Shown here: piece after piece, positions 27,433 to 40,839 of the stretch
Layout: each line of letters opens with the position of its first letter
Numbering within the stretch: the first letter of the stretch is position 1
NCBI GenBank assembly: GCA_951406725.2
Contig: OX597816.1
Location: forward strand, 96,720,001-96,784,000
Source of the DNA: Octopus vulgaris
Taxonomy: Eukaryota
Reading direction: 5' to 3'
Length of the DNA stretch: 64,000 nt
Program-made: the position numbers and the translations under genes
Notes under the pieces: model-generated
Database searches by the model: none
What the model saw: the letters and a program-made list of their open reading frames with translations, nothing else
What the model was told of the DNA's origin: nothing

Positions 27433-27879
27433 TATGTATGCATGCATGCATACATATATACAACCAAGAAATATGTTTTGCAATTTTATTGATTAATTTA
27501 CTCTTTAGCTTTTCAAGATATTTTCACGTAATTTTGGTAAATATATCTGTTAAAATGAGATATCAGTGTTATTTTCATTTTTGCATAATTTAGATGACAA
27601 TTTATTCACTGCACCCTGTATACACACACACTTGTATATGCTTTGCCTTGAGCACTCAACACCTGATGAAGTCAGCCACAGAGGTACTGTCAAAACATCT
27701 GACCTGTCTTAAACGTTTTTAGACCTTTTATAGCCCATTCCTCTCAAAGTCTGCTGACACCCAGTTTCTTCTAAACATAAAGAGAGACATTGAACCAAAA
27801 AGAGAAAAGAAGTGTAATTTAGCTACTCCAAATGTATCTTAGTTTTTAGGACGATGGGGCAGAGAGGATGGAGGTAGGG

Positions 27880-28520
27880 CTTAGCCACTCACAGAAAGTA
27901 TTACTACTCCTTACCCCTACTTTTCCACTCCAAAACTATCTCTTCTCTTTCATGGCTCTGTCAGCCTGACTGTTCCATTACCACATCACCCGTAGTCTAG
28001 CAGAAGCTTTGCTTCAATCAAAGATTTAGTCTGTCACCTTTAGTAGATTGACCTGTAAGAATTTCCAGTTGTCCTTATTTCATATGTGTCTGTCTCTTCC
28101 TTCTCCTCAGATGCTTCATTAAAAATGTCACTAAATCTCAGCCGTTTGAAGGATCCTTGAGCTTCCATAACCTTTTCCATATCAGTTTGTGTCTCTGGTT
28201 CATTCTAGACCCAAGTCTGAAGTCGCTAACCACAAATCTATGTTGAGTTGTACATTTTCACCTGAGAAGTATTTTTCATTCACAAGCATCCATCTGTCCT
28301 TGTTTACGGTGAGAATCTAGTCAATCTACCCACCAGATTCATGAGTAATTAAAAGACTGATAGGATTCCTGAAGTTGGTATTGCAAATCAATGAGTCATT
28401 TGCTTCACAAAACTTCAGCAGCCTTGTTGCCTCCTCATTTCTAGAACTAAAGCTGTAACTTCCATTCATGCAATGAAATCCTTTGAAGCACTTTCCAACA
28501 TGACCATTCACGTTCCCAAC
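27880..28520 (-). pseudogene. RTE LINE endonuclease-region fragment
   Basis: NGHVG...RNEEATRLLKFCEANDSLICNTNF is typical of the RTE APE domain. Confidence 0.75.
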
Positions 28521-29494
28521 ACTGCAAAATCAACGAAGCTGAAAAAAAGTAAAATATTACAAATAATTTTGAAAGATTGTATTTACATTCAAGACAATTG
28601 TATCCATGAGCAATACAGTCTCTTAAGACCAATAAAAGGTTTAAAGTTTTGTAGTATCTTGTGCATGTATGACAAATCTTTTAGGCAAGCTAGTTTTCTA
28701 TCAACTGTAAGTCTTCCAGAGGATGAACAGCAAATTCTAAGAGCTTTATGAATTAAAGTATATTGCAAAGTGACACTACAAAATGCCTGCAGCAGACATG
28801 AATTCAGGATTCATGAGCTGATTACACAATAAATTATTCAGTCAAATATTTTTTGATCTGTGTCTAGAAGGAAAAGATTAACAAAAGAAACTTTCTAAAG
28901 AAGACTAACAAATATATTATGAATCCCACCATATATCCCTTCAGCAAGTATTTTCACATTCAGAAAACTGAATAGAAGTAAATTCAACCAAATAATTAAA
29001 AATCAAACAAAATATCTGAGGTACAAAATCAAAAATTTTGAAAAAGTGTTTCCTTCGTCAATGAATTTCGACACAAAACTTAGACCATAAGCATCAGTAT
29101 GGCTGGGTGGCTTAAGTTTTCTTTGTATGTAATAACATGTGCCTAGGTTCAATCCCAACCTTGGGTTGACCAATATAAAGCAAATCAAATTTGGTAAATA
29201 GAAATTATGCAGAAATATATCATACATATATATATTAAAACAAAAAGTTAAATTCTGGTCATAGAATTACCAAAGGTTTCATATCCATGAAAGCCACAGC
29301 CCTGTGGACAGCTTTGAATTCCCACATATATATGTAACTCTATAACCAGAATTTAACGTTTTGCTTTAATAATTACTGCTCTATTAAAGTGTGCTTCTTT
29401 TCTGATATATGCTTTATTTACTATATATATATAATATATAAGCATGCACGCACACACATGCACACACACACACACATACATACACATTACACAT

Positions 29495-31730
29495 ACAATC
29501 TGCCTTTCACTTTAAGAGAGATTTCAATTCTCAGGTCTCCATATTTAATAACCTTTTCTCTTTCTTTCATGATGATATGTTGATCTCCTGGCACTGCCGC
29601 GTCAATTGTTAGGCACTCTTGTTTGTCCTTCCCAAAGGTAATTATATCTACCCTTTGGTGTTCTATCTTCTCTGTCTGGAAGTCAATGTCCCAGAGGATT
29701 CTTGCCTTTCTCTTTTCGTCCATTACCTTTTCCAGAAGTATAAGGTGCTTGAAATATGCGATGGTGAGCTTGTCTTTCATTTCTTTATGCAAGATATTAT
29801 TCAGCTCCAGGATCCCAAGGTACTTGTACCCATCATCATCCAGGTCTTCCATTTGGCAATTCTATGCCCCTACAATTTACTCTTTCTCCCGCTTCAAAGT
29901 AAGCACCACACACTTTGAGATACCAAATTCCATCCCTATATCCTTGCTGCATATTTGCAGTCTCAACCAGCCTCTCCATTTCAGGCTCAGTTTTTGCGAA
30001 CAGTTTTAAATCAGCCATGAAGAAAAGGTTGTTGAGACAAGGTCCTTTCTTTTTCAACTCATAGTACACATTGATTTTTACGTAGGACTACAAAACCTGG
30101 GATCAAGGCTATAACAAATAACAGAAGTGAACAAGAGTCTCCTTGGAAAATACCTCTTTGGATTGTTACCTCAGTTAAGTGCTGGTTGTTACAGGGAAGA
30201 CATGTTTTCTAACTAGGCATACTGTTCTTAATCAGTGCACACACGTTCTCAGCTATTCCATACACATCATGTGTTTCCAAAATCCATGAATACAGCAACA
30301 TGTCATAAGCCTTTTTGAAGTCTATACAGGCAATGCATAAGTTTTTTTGGTACTGTTTACAGTTCTTCATTATAACCTTGTCTATCACAAGGTAGTCTTT
30401 GGTGCCCTTAGATCCTTTTTGTTCTACTGGCAGTAAATTGTTTTCTGCAAGGAACATACGTATTTTCCCTGCGAGGATACCTGTTAATACTTTCCATAGG
30501 TGATTAAGACAAGCAATGGGTTGGTAATTGCCAACCTCATTGCCCTTTGACTGATCTTTCATTTTCAATGTTGATTTTCCCTGTACCATCCACACTGGAA
30601 CTGCACTGCTCCACAGGCAATTGTCTAATTGCAATGCAATTCTCTTGTGTGTTGACCTATACTACTCAAGCCAGTAGTCTTGAATTCCATCTGGTCCTGC
30701 TGCTTTCCAGTTTCACAGTTTTGATACCTGTGCAATGACATCTGCTGTTGTTATGCACACATGGTCTTGTCGTGGAGCCTCCAGGTGATGGAGTTTAGAT
30801 CTCACAGAATGAATGCACTCGGCACTGTGATTGTGGGTAACTTCTTGCCCCCAGATGGTATTCCAAAATTGGTAGGTTTCTTCTGCTTTAGGGAGTGTAT
30901 TTTCTTCTGTATTTCCTCCTAAGCTCTTAAAAAACTGCTTCTGGTTATTTGAGAATAACCAGTTTTGCTGGAACTGTGATATGTGATCAGTGTAGCACTG
31001 CACTCTTAATGTTTTTGCCCACACACATTGTTTTAGGGTTTCAACAACAGTTTTGAACCCTTTCTTTTCTATTTGGTGCTTCGTGTCAAGATATGCCCTT
31101 GTACTTTTTTTTCATTTTTCCATTGCCCTTTGGACCACTCTTCAGATGCACCTCAGATCTTTACTCAAAGTTAGAATCTCACCTTCAATTCTCCATTTCT
31201 ACCATGGCCCTTCTGTCCCTCCACTTTCCTCTCTTTCTCTCCAACCAGTTCACCTACTAAAATTGAAGTGGATCTGATCAAGTGCCTTGTTACCGTTAGA
31301 TCTTTTGTCAGAATGTATTTCAGAATCTCATCAACTTTTTGGGTCATGTGTTTCACATTGTCATGGTTGAAGCTTCTTAAATTCACTGACTTGGTCTCTA
31401 TTCTTGTAATTATCATATCTTTGAGTCTTATCCTGAGATTTCTCTGTTCCTTGGTTATATTCTCTTGTAATTCAGAGTTTTCTACATTATATTGATTAGC
31501 CAACCTTGTCATTTATTTTGCTTGGCATTTTCACTCACTAATGAGGTTTCTTTTTAGTCTACTAACAACTAGTATTTTTATCAAGACACCATCTCTATCA
31601 AGGTAGTCCACCAAGGCACCAGGGTCCTTGCTCACCTTGTTTGGGACTCATAGTTTTCCTTCTCCCAGGCTGCTTGCTACCCAAGGTTAATGAGTACAGC
31701 TTACCTGGAGCACTGGTTATTTGAAGGTGC
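29495..31730 (-). pseudogene. R4/Dong-like non-LTR retrotransposon, degenerate ORF from N-terminus through RT to RLE
   Basis: NYQPIACLNHLWK, EQKG, IDFKKAYD, GIFQGDS, LFFMADLKLFAK, YKYLGILE, ILWD...RVDI...IDAAVPGD...EKVIKY. Confidence 0.85.
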
Positions 31731-32049
31731 CTATCATTATTATAATTATTATTATCATTATTATTATTATTTATTCTGCTGTTCTTCACCCATTTCAGGA
31801 CTGCCAATCATCACCTTGTCTCCTTTACCTTCCATCCAATCACTCACTCCCTCCTCCCTGTGCACCATTCACATCCACCTCATCAACCCTACCCAATCTC
31901 TACAGTTATAACCTACTCTCTCTACCTTTCCTCCAACGCATATTTATCACTGACTATTCCTCAACGTTTGTTCTTTGATTATACTTCTCCCATCTCTAAC
32001 CTAACACATCTCTAATTATCCTTGACTCCCTATACATTCAAAGGAAAAG

Positions 32050-32282
32050 ACATTTATCTTTTACATGTTTCAATCATTGGACTGCAACCATGCTGGGGCA
32101 CTTTTACTTTCAAAGGTTTAGTTAAGCAAATCAACCCCAGTACCTATTCGTTTTTAATGTTTGGTGCATATTCTAACAGTCTGCTCTCCAAAACCACTAA
32201 ATTATGATGCAACCAAACCAACACTAGCTGTCAAACAGTAAGTTGTAGCGGACATATACAAACATGCATGCATGCACACACA

Positions 32283-32324
<42 letters not shown>

Positions 32325-32480
32325 GGCTTTCACTCTGTTTCCATCTACCAAATTCACTCACAAAGTATTGATCGGCCAAAGGTTATAGTAGAAGACTATT
32401 AGGAGCTACACAGTGGGACTTAATTTAGTATTATTTGGTTGCAAAGTGAGTTTCTTATCCTTATAGCCATGACTGCACTC
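32050..32480 (-). mobile_element. tRNA-derived SINE with internal (CA)n
   Basis: Diverged copy of the 20630-21010 family. Confidence 0.75.
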
Positions 32481-33140
32481 CTCAAACACTGAAGGGTAAA
32501 AACCAACCTTTTTGAATTTTCATTGACCTTCCAGCAAGAATATAAAGAAGACATGAAAATGGAAGGTTTCAGCTGCTTTACTCTTTATGACCATGTTCCC
32601 AGCTTCACATTATATGCATGCCCAGTATATTATTGTCATGAATCTAGCATTTCGGTAAATATCAAAGCATGACAATAGTTAACTAAAGTAATTATGATAA
32701 ATAAAACAACAAAAGCAGCAATGCCAACCTCAACAACAACAGAACTAAATATATCCATTGGTGAGACAATGGCTGAACATTATTATTTGAGTTCAATGAC
32801 TGTATTTTCCCTGAATTATTTGAAATTGATAACTATTACAAGAGACAAATCAACTTCAGAAGAGAAGCAAATGCAAAATAAAATAGGTTGGCTATTTCAT
32901 TCTAAGAGTATATATTCTTTCGTTTGTTTTTCATTGAAGTAAATTTGTCTACATCATTTCAAATCTAAACCTACAGATATACCATACAAATTCAGATAAG
33001 ATATTATGCACACAATTTCTATACACACTTGTTTTATTTAGATATGATAAAACTTCATAATCTGAATGAATATGCAATATTTACATCTGTCACTGCATAG
33101 TTACATCCCTCTATATCTACACATACAGGAACATGTGTGA

Positions 33141-33173
<33 letters not shown>

Positions 33174-33175
<2 letters not shown>

Positions 33176-34247
33176 TACATTATAATGGAGAATGCTGCTT
33201 ATTAATTAGGTATGTAACAGTTACTAAAAGAAAGCAATCATAAAGGCTTGACTGTCTGGAAATTATTTTATAAATACATGTTCCAAGACGTTTCCTGTAA
33301 TTTCAATTACTGAATTTTATTGAATATTTAAACTACAAGCTTTTCACAAATTTAAGTATTTGTTGTGGAGATTTTAATTTTTAATAAATAACATTAATTA
33401 ACTGCAGGTGAAATTTTCTGTTTTTATTTGCAACAGTCTCTAAATCTCTTTTGCTTCTATTTTCATTAATGATAATTTAATATATATTCATTTCAATGTT
33501 TTCATTTCAAGTTTTAATTCTCTATTTGCAAAACCCACAGTTTGAGGCACAATTTCAAAAATAACATCAGCTTCCAGAGTTTGTTAAATGAATATTTTGA
33601 TAAAATGAAATTTTTTTTAATATACTGCTATAATTTTTTTTTAAATGTGAAATGATTTTGTTAGTATAGCTGTTTGGAATGCTATAAGCCTTACAATAAT
33701 AACTATGTGATCACTGCTATTTCTAGCATGCTAAATGTAGTTGGGTTGCCTTGAAGTTTGTTTAAATTAGAGACATATTACAACAATGATAAATTACTGA
33801 AAGAAATATTTACTAAGCAAGTGAGGTTTTTTAAAAATTGACATTTTCAGGAAAATTTACTTTCTGAAAATCCTTTTATTATTGAATATTTCAAGTTCAC
33901 AACTTTAAATATTCAGTACAAGATAGTTTTTAACAAGCTTCTATTTATACGATTATTTGATTTTGTTTATTTCATTCATTGTTTGCAATGTTCTCTCTCC
34001 TCTTTCTCTCTCTCTCACACACACTGTCTGTCTAATATAAACACACACACTGTCTGTCTAATATAAATGCACACACACTGTCTCTGTAATATAAACACAA
34101 ATACACTCCGGGTTTGATTTCATTATTACACAAATATCACATTAGAAGTTTGCAATTCAACAAAAAGTTATTAGAAATGGGAATCAAATATGAAAATATT
34201 ATCAAGTGGCTAGCAGAAAACTGCCCAGAGGGTGGTCTTTCTGCTAG
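33174..34247 (+). mobile_element. non-autonomous Helitron, same family as 3600-5971
   Basis: 5' TC(tacattataatggagaa...) and 3' ctgcccagagggtggtctttctgCTAG|T. Carries an internal ~24 bp tandem repeat at about 34016-34100. Confidence 0.88.
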
Positions 34248-35766
34248 TATAGATAAATTGTATGTATGTACATTTATGTATATATAAGAACTGTACCAAA
34301 AATAATTCAGCTGTGTGTATGACTCCTCTATTAATTCACATAAATTTTCCTTCACAGTAACCCTTCTTCCAGTTCTTTTTCATTGCAGTAAATACTAGGT
34401 TCCAAACAGCATGTGATTACTGAGTTCTTAACAAAGGAAGGAGTCTTTGTTGTTCAACATCCACAGAGAATTATAGGTTGTTTGCAGGGAGACATCATTG
34501 ACAAGGACAATGTGCACAGATGGCTAGAGTTCAAAGGGAAAACCAGCATTAAAGACAAACCATGTAATGGGGATTCTCAACTGCTTACACTGACACAAAT
34601 CATTAGTGAGTGACTGATATACTTCACATGGACAGACATGTTACACCACATGAGCTTGATGCACAACTGGACAGTGGTCAAAATGATTGCAGAAGATGGT
34701 AGATGGCTTTAGGTATTGGAAAGTATTAATTCAGGAACAGATTATTCAGTTAATTGAACAACTGAATCCTCAGGAAAATCCATTAAAAATATTTATACCA
34801 ACACACACATACACAACACACACATACAAACACAAACACACACATGCACAAATTTACATAAGCACACCTATAAGCATATAAATGACACGTACAAAATGTA
34901 CAAAAGATAAGGTTGTAGAAGAAAACAAAGAAAAATGCATAGCAGGTTATGAGAAACATTGATCTATGAAGTTTAATAAATTCAATCTTATATAGTGTGC
35001 AAGTGCATGTGTGTGCATGTGTTTGTGCTTACGTGTGTATTAGAATACACAAGTGTCATTTATATGTAAGTGTGCATATGCATACATATATGTTATGCAT
35101 TTATTAGTGCTTTAAATGTTTTGTAATGAATAAAAAAATGAATATAAAACCAAATATAAAAGATATTATGAATATAAAATCATTCTAAAATTAAAACACA
35201 AATATATAAAAATGATTAGGATGTGTGTAGATGTGCTTATGAATGTGTATACACATGTTTGCATATATCAGTGTGTATTAATTCAAGAAAAATATAAAAA
35301 TTATCTGCAACTGTAAGAATATTTGGATCTTTCAGATAAAGATTGTATTAAAGAGAATTGTTGATGATCCCTAAATTTAAATTGCAAACACCAGCAACAA
35401 AGCTAATATCATTTTAAGTAGCTTAAACTAGATAGAAATTTCAGAATGAAAGTATGCTGGCTACATTATGCTCACATAAGGTAGTGAATAGAATCGACGT
35501 AAATTAAAAAAAGAAAAGAATATGCTAAATTTGTTTTTTTCTAAAATGTTATCAGTTAGAGTAGGCTACATCTGTCTTCAGTTATCTTTCAAATCTAAAA
35601 TTTTCATTGACAAATATAATAATCATTCCATAAATATTTGGAAAAATATTATTTTGGCTTGCATTCTTCCATCTGGGTAACTTTTGCCTATGTCAATTAT
35701 GTCTGTGTGCATGGGAGAGAGGAAGAGGGGGATTAGTGTATTGTTCCACTTAAATAACATTGGATA

Positions 35767-36359
35767 ATACAACTTTTGATGATATATCTAAGACTTATTT
35801 GCAACTAAGTTAACAGTATTGAACTCAAAACTCACACTAGTCTGCCTATTACACCAATTTTTTGCTCTATGACAACTCCCTAGTCCCACTACGTGGCACC
35901 AGGCCAACCAAAGCCTCATGAATGGATTTGGTAGACGGAAACTGAAAGAAGCCCGTTGTGTGTATATATATATATATATAGTCATTTGACTGGCCGTGCT
36001 AGAATACCACCTTTAGTTGAACAAATTGACCCCAGGACTTATTCTTTGTAAGCCTAGTACTTATTCTATTGGTCTCTCTTACTGAACCACTACGTTATGG
36101 AGACGTAAACGCACCAACACCAGTTGTCAAGTGATGGTGGTGGGACAAACACAGACATATATATATATACATCGGGCTTCTTTCAGTTTCCGTCTACCAA
36201 ATCCATTCATGAGGCTTTGGTTGGCCCGGTGCCACGCAGTGGGACTAGGGAGTTGTCATAGAGCAAAAAATTGGTGTAATAGGCAGACTAGTGTGAGTTT
36301 TGAGTTCAATACTGTTAACTTAGTTGCAAATAAGTCTTAGATATATCATCAAAAGTTGT

Positions 36360-36393
<34 letters not shown>

Positions 36394-36600
36394 ATTTGTG
36401 TGTCTGTGTTTGTCCCACCACCATCACTTGACAACTGGTGTTGGTGCGTTTACGTCTCCATAACGTAGTGGTTCAGTAAGAGAGACCAATAGAATAAGTA
36501 CTAGGCTTACAAAGAATAAGTCCTGGGGTCAATTTGTTCAACTAAAGGTGGTATTCTAGCACGGCCAGTCAAATGACTGAAACAAGTAAAAGAATAAAAG
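35767..36600. repeat. SINE plus flank containing an inverted copy of itself inserted at its (TA)n tract
   Basis: A 35767-35955 pairs with A' 36173-36361, and B' 35980-36157 pairs with B 36401-36578. Three TA tracts separate the blocks. Confidence 0.95.
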
Positions 36601-37029
36601 AAAACCCACATTTTGGTGCCTTAGAAGTTACATCTATTCATGGATATATTTGAGGCAATGATTACAAATATGTCATTAGTTTTGCTAAGTCAGCACTCGC
36701 TTGAAGACATGGATTATTACCCCTTTATTCATATGCTGAAATGTAAGAGACTAGATGCACCTTACATCTCGGTGCCTTAGAAGCTCAACCTATTCTTGGG
36801 TATATCTAGAGAAGTGTTTCTAACTGGCAACAGTTTTGTCCTGTTAACTCTTATTAATTAATGGTTCGCTACTTTGACACAAAGGCAACAATACTAATAC
36901 TGTTATGTTTAGTAATTTACTATGTTTAGAATAACAGTTATTAAAACAACAATTTGGTAATGTACTGTTATTGAAATAAGAATACATTACCAAACTGATT
37001 AATTTCAGGACAAAAGTTTAAGATGGCTT

Positions 37030-39190
37030 AAAAGCAGAGAAAAGCTGAAAAAGCATTAGCACTCATTTGACAACATAAACTTCCACAAAGCAGACTGGGG
37101 AGCAATCAGAAAGGATCTGTCCTTCATCAAGTGGTCCTTCACACTCAGTTCCACTCACATTGAGAGTGCATGGCAACACTTTGAGAATATTGTCACCTAT
37201 ACATGCTCAAAACATGCTTCTACAAAATCCACTAATACAAACAGAAACTGGCTCCCTAGAGAGAAAATAAAAACACTCATCAGGCACATCAAAAGATTTA
37301 ATTTTAAAAATCAACTAATTAAAATACTCCCACATACAACACCCACATTCAACAACAATGAAAAGGCTAGAGTTGGAAAAACTTCATCTGCAGACCGACA
37401 TGAAAACCTCCATTGAAAATCAAAGAGCTGCAGAGGAACAGTAGGTAATCAAAAACATCAAACAGAATCCAATAGTGTTCTACTCTTATGCAAATAAGTA
37501 TAGAACCGCTGTCTCACCCATTGGGCCATTGATCGATGATAATGGCATTCCCCAATACGATGCTAAAGAAATGGCAGAAATACTGCAGAAACAATACTGC
37601 TCTGTCTTTAGTAATCCCACTGATATTGACGTAAGAGAAGCGAACGAAGTTGATTCCCAACATAAAATCTTGGACATAACCGTCACTGCCTCAGACATCA
37701 AAGCAGCAATAAATAAGGTCAAATACTATTCTGCTGTTTGGTCCTGATAGATTCCCCGCTAGTCTCCTGAAGGAATGTAGACACCAACTTGCAGTCCCTC
37801 TGACCAACCTCTAGAGAAAGACTCAGGTTATATACCGAAACGGCTCCTATCCCAGTCTGTCATCCTGGTTTTCAAAAAGGGAAACAGATCCCTTGCAGTC
37901 AACTAACGCCCAATCTCACTCACCTCCCACCTTTGAAAGAGTGGTAAGATCAAGGATAGCTGACTTCTTGGAGACCCACAGACTCCAAAATGCAAATCAG
38001 CATGGCTTTCACTGTGGCAGGGACTGTCTAACACAGCTCTTACACCACATTGAAGATATACTTAAAGCCTTGGGAACAGGTTTGAACTCTGATGTTATAT
38101 ATCTTGACTTCAGTAAAGTATTTGACAGGGTTGACCATAATATCTTACTCTCAAAATTGGCAAATGTTGGAATCCTTGGAAAACTTCTACACTGGATTAA
38201 GTATTTCCTGGCGAATAGAACACAAGACGTTGTGGTCAATGGATCCACTCAAGCTCAGCAAAAGTCACCAGTGGTGTCCCTCAGGGGACTGTCTTGGGCC
38301 TGATCCTCTTTATAATTTACATAAATGTCCTTTCCAGTGTCGTAAATCACTGCAAAGTGAAAATATTTGCTGATGACACTAAGCTCCAGAAAATCATCAA
38401 TGAAGAAGAAGATTGAATGCAAATCCAGTCTGATCTATATGCTGTGAGTCAATGGGCAGACAAAAACAAAATGCAACTGAACGAGGGAAAATTTGAGCTG
38501 ATGCATTTTGGAAGAAAGTCTATACTAAAACAGCCATACTCTCTTCCTTCTGGGGAACCACTCATGGCATCTAATAATATCAGAGACCTGGGCGTAATTG
38601 TTGATAGCAATCTCAGTTGGAGTGCCCACATCAACAATAAGGTCGATATAGCTCGTAGGATGAGCTCCTGGATCTTAAGAACCTTCCAGTCCAGAGAATA
38701 AACGAATTGAAGGCATGACTGATCTCGATTATTGGGACTGCCTTAAAGCCTTGAAACTCTACTCTCTCCAGCGGCGCCGCGAGTGGTACATCATTTGTAC
38801 GATGTGGAGAATATACCGCCAGCATTGCCCAAATGACCTGAACATTAGTTTCAAGATTCATCTAAGGCTGTGACTACAGGTCATATGTCCCCTGTCCAAT
38901 TCAGGATCACAACATATAGGTACACTGCGACATAATTTCTTTTCCTCAACAGGCCCTGCCCTGTTTAACATTGTCCAAAAACTGATTAAAGAGGAAAAGG
39001 ATCTCATCACCTTTAAATGGAGTCTGGATAGATTTCTTCAAGGAATACCAGATAAGCCACCCATACTTAGATACAACTCACTACTTGAATGGACCATAAA
39101 CAAAACTTGACTTAAAAAGGATTTAGATAATCCTATCAGCTGGTGCTATTAAGTTAGACATGGCCTGGACCAATCTTTGGTCGAAACATA
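37030..39190 (+). pseudogene. CR1-group LINE, 5'-truncated and degenerate RT ORF
   Basis: NQHGF, YLDFSKVFDRVDH, SGVPQGTVLG, FADDTKL, IRDLGVIVDSNLSWSAHI. Confidence 0.9.
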
Positions 39191-39208
39191 TGTAAGTTTT
39201 ATATACAT

Positions 39209-39257
<49 letters not shown>

Positions 39258-39294
39258 TAGATAAGAAAGTTGGTTTGTGAAAGCACGTGGTTGA

Positions 39295-39380
39295 ATATAT
39301 AGAAAATAGTAAAAAGTGAAAAAACCACAGAAGGCTTGTTTTAAAAGTAGTTTTTTCACTTTTTACTATTTTCTATATAT
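39295..39380. repeat. ~31 bp inverted repeat in a short insert between (TA)n tracts
   Basis: atatatagaaaatagtaaaaagtgaaaaaac versus gttttttcactttttactattttctatatat. Confidence 0.9.
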
Positions 39381-39400
39381 ATATATATATATATATATAC

Positions 39401-39995
39401 ACTGTATATACTTGAGTAATAGTCAAACTCATGTAAAAGTTGCCGTCCTATTTTAGGCCCCAAAAATTGGGAACTTTTCATAGACCTCATATAAAAGTCA
39501 ATCCTAGTATTTCACGAATAACAGGACAACATTTGTGGGTCAAAGTGCTGTATTATCCTGTACATAGAAATAACACTGCTACAAAATTGTGTGGCTACCT
39601 TACTATAGCCTGCTCTATAGGGAAAATGTTTAATGCTTACAATGGAATGCTTGGTATTTATAGTAAAACACCATTTAATAGCATAATAGCAAGCACTACA
39701 CATTTGTTGATCGGTGCTACATCACCATTACTAAAATGTATACCCAGGATATGCTACAAGCTCACACAAATCTTCAAGCAGAATAAACACATGCATCATA
39801 CACATGTTGTTTACTTGGTAATGTTACTGTAATTCACTGTGTTTTTGTTTTTATTTGCTTGCTGTTGATGCAGTACTTCAGATTCTAGCTTGAATTTCAA
39901 CCCCTTCAAAGTAGTATCCATGTAATAGTCGACCCCATAAATTTATCTTAAAAAATGGTCTAAAAAACTCAACTTTTACACAAGTATATATGGTA
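39401..39995. mobile_element. pogo/Tc2-like MITE
   Basis: Degenerate TIRs actgtatatacttgagtaatagtcaa and tcaacttttacacaagtatatatggt, with subterminal gtcgacc-like repeats. Confidence 0.6.
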
Positions 39996-40149
39996 AATAT
40001 TATTATGTCTAGGGGGAGTCATTCTGTTTCAATGCCTTATTGATTACACAATTACTGATTCAATTTCTACTTGTTTATTTTTTCTAAAATGTTCATTGCT
40101 TCTTGTAATCTCTTCAATAATCGTTGACACTCTCTCTCTCTCTCTCTCT

Positions 40150-40202
<53 letters not shown>

Positions 40203-40430
40203 GAGAGAGACACAGAATTACTGGTAAGGGATTATTAATCTGAGCAAAATACTTCACAAGCTCTCTGTAGGCACACTAGGCTAACAGTATTGTTTAGATT
40301 AGTGAAGAACTCCAAGCATTCTTATAGCAGGGTCTGAGGTTATAGTTCATCACCATCCTATATTGTAAAACCATGGTTGTGTTCCAGTCAAACTGGTTTT
40401 TACACAGAGTAATATACAAGACAAGGTATA

Positions 40431-40819
40431 AATAATGGTCATTAAATATTTTTCCTTTATTGCAGTAAATTTGGCTTACAACTCTTTCCACTAGTCGTTA
40501 TAAGTATGTTACTGATAGGTTTCTCAATTGGTCTATTGATCAGTTGAGAAAAGTTGAATGACCTAAAAAATTAGTGCTGCTTTCGTCAGAGCTATTTCTG
40601 ATTGCAACAAAGCAGAACACTGAAGGAATGTGTTCTGCTTTGTTATAACCAGAATTGGCTTTGACGAAACCAGCATTAATTTCTTAGGTCATTCAACTTT
40701 TCTCAACTGATCAATAGGCCAATTGAGAAACCTTTCAGTAATGAACCTATCATAACTACTGGAAACAGCTGTAAGCCAAATTTATTCCAATAAAGGAAAA
40801 ATTTGTAATGATAATTATT
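40431..40819. repeat. old palindrome, ~190 bp arms with 9 nt loop
   Basis: Arms 40431-40620 and 40630-40819 are diverged reverse complements; loop tgaaggaat. Confidence 0.92.
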
Positions 40820-40839
40820 TATAACTTGTGTAAAAAATC

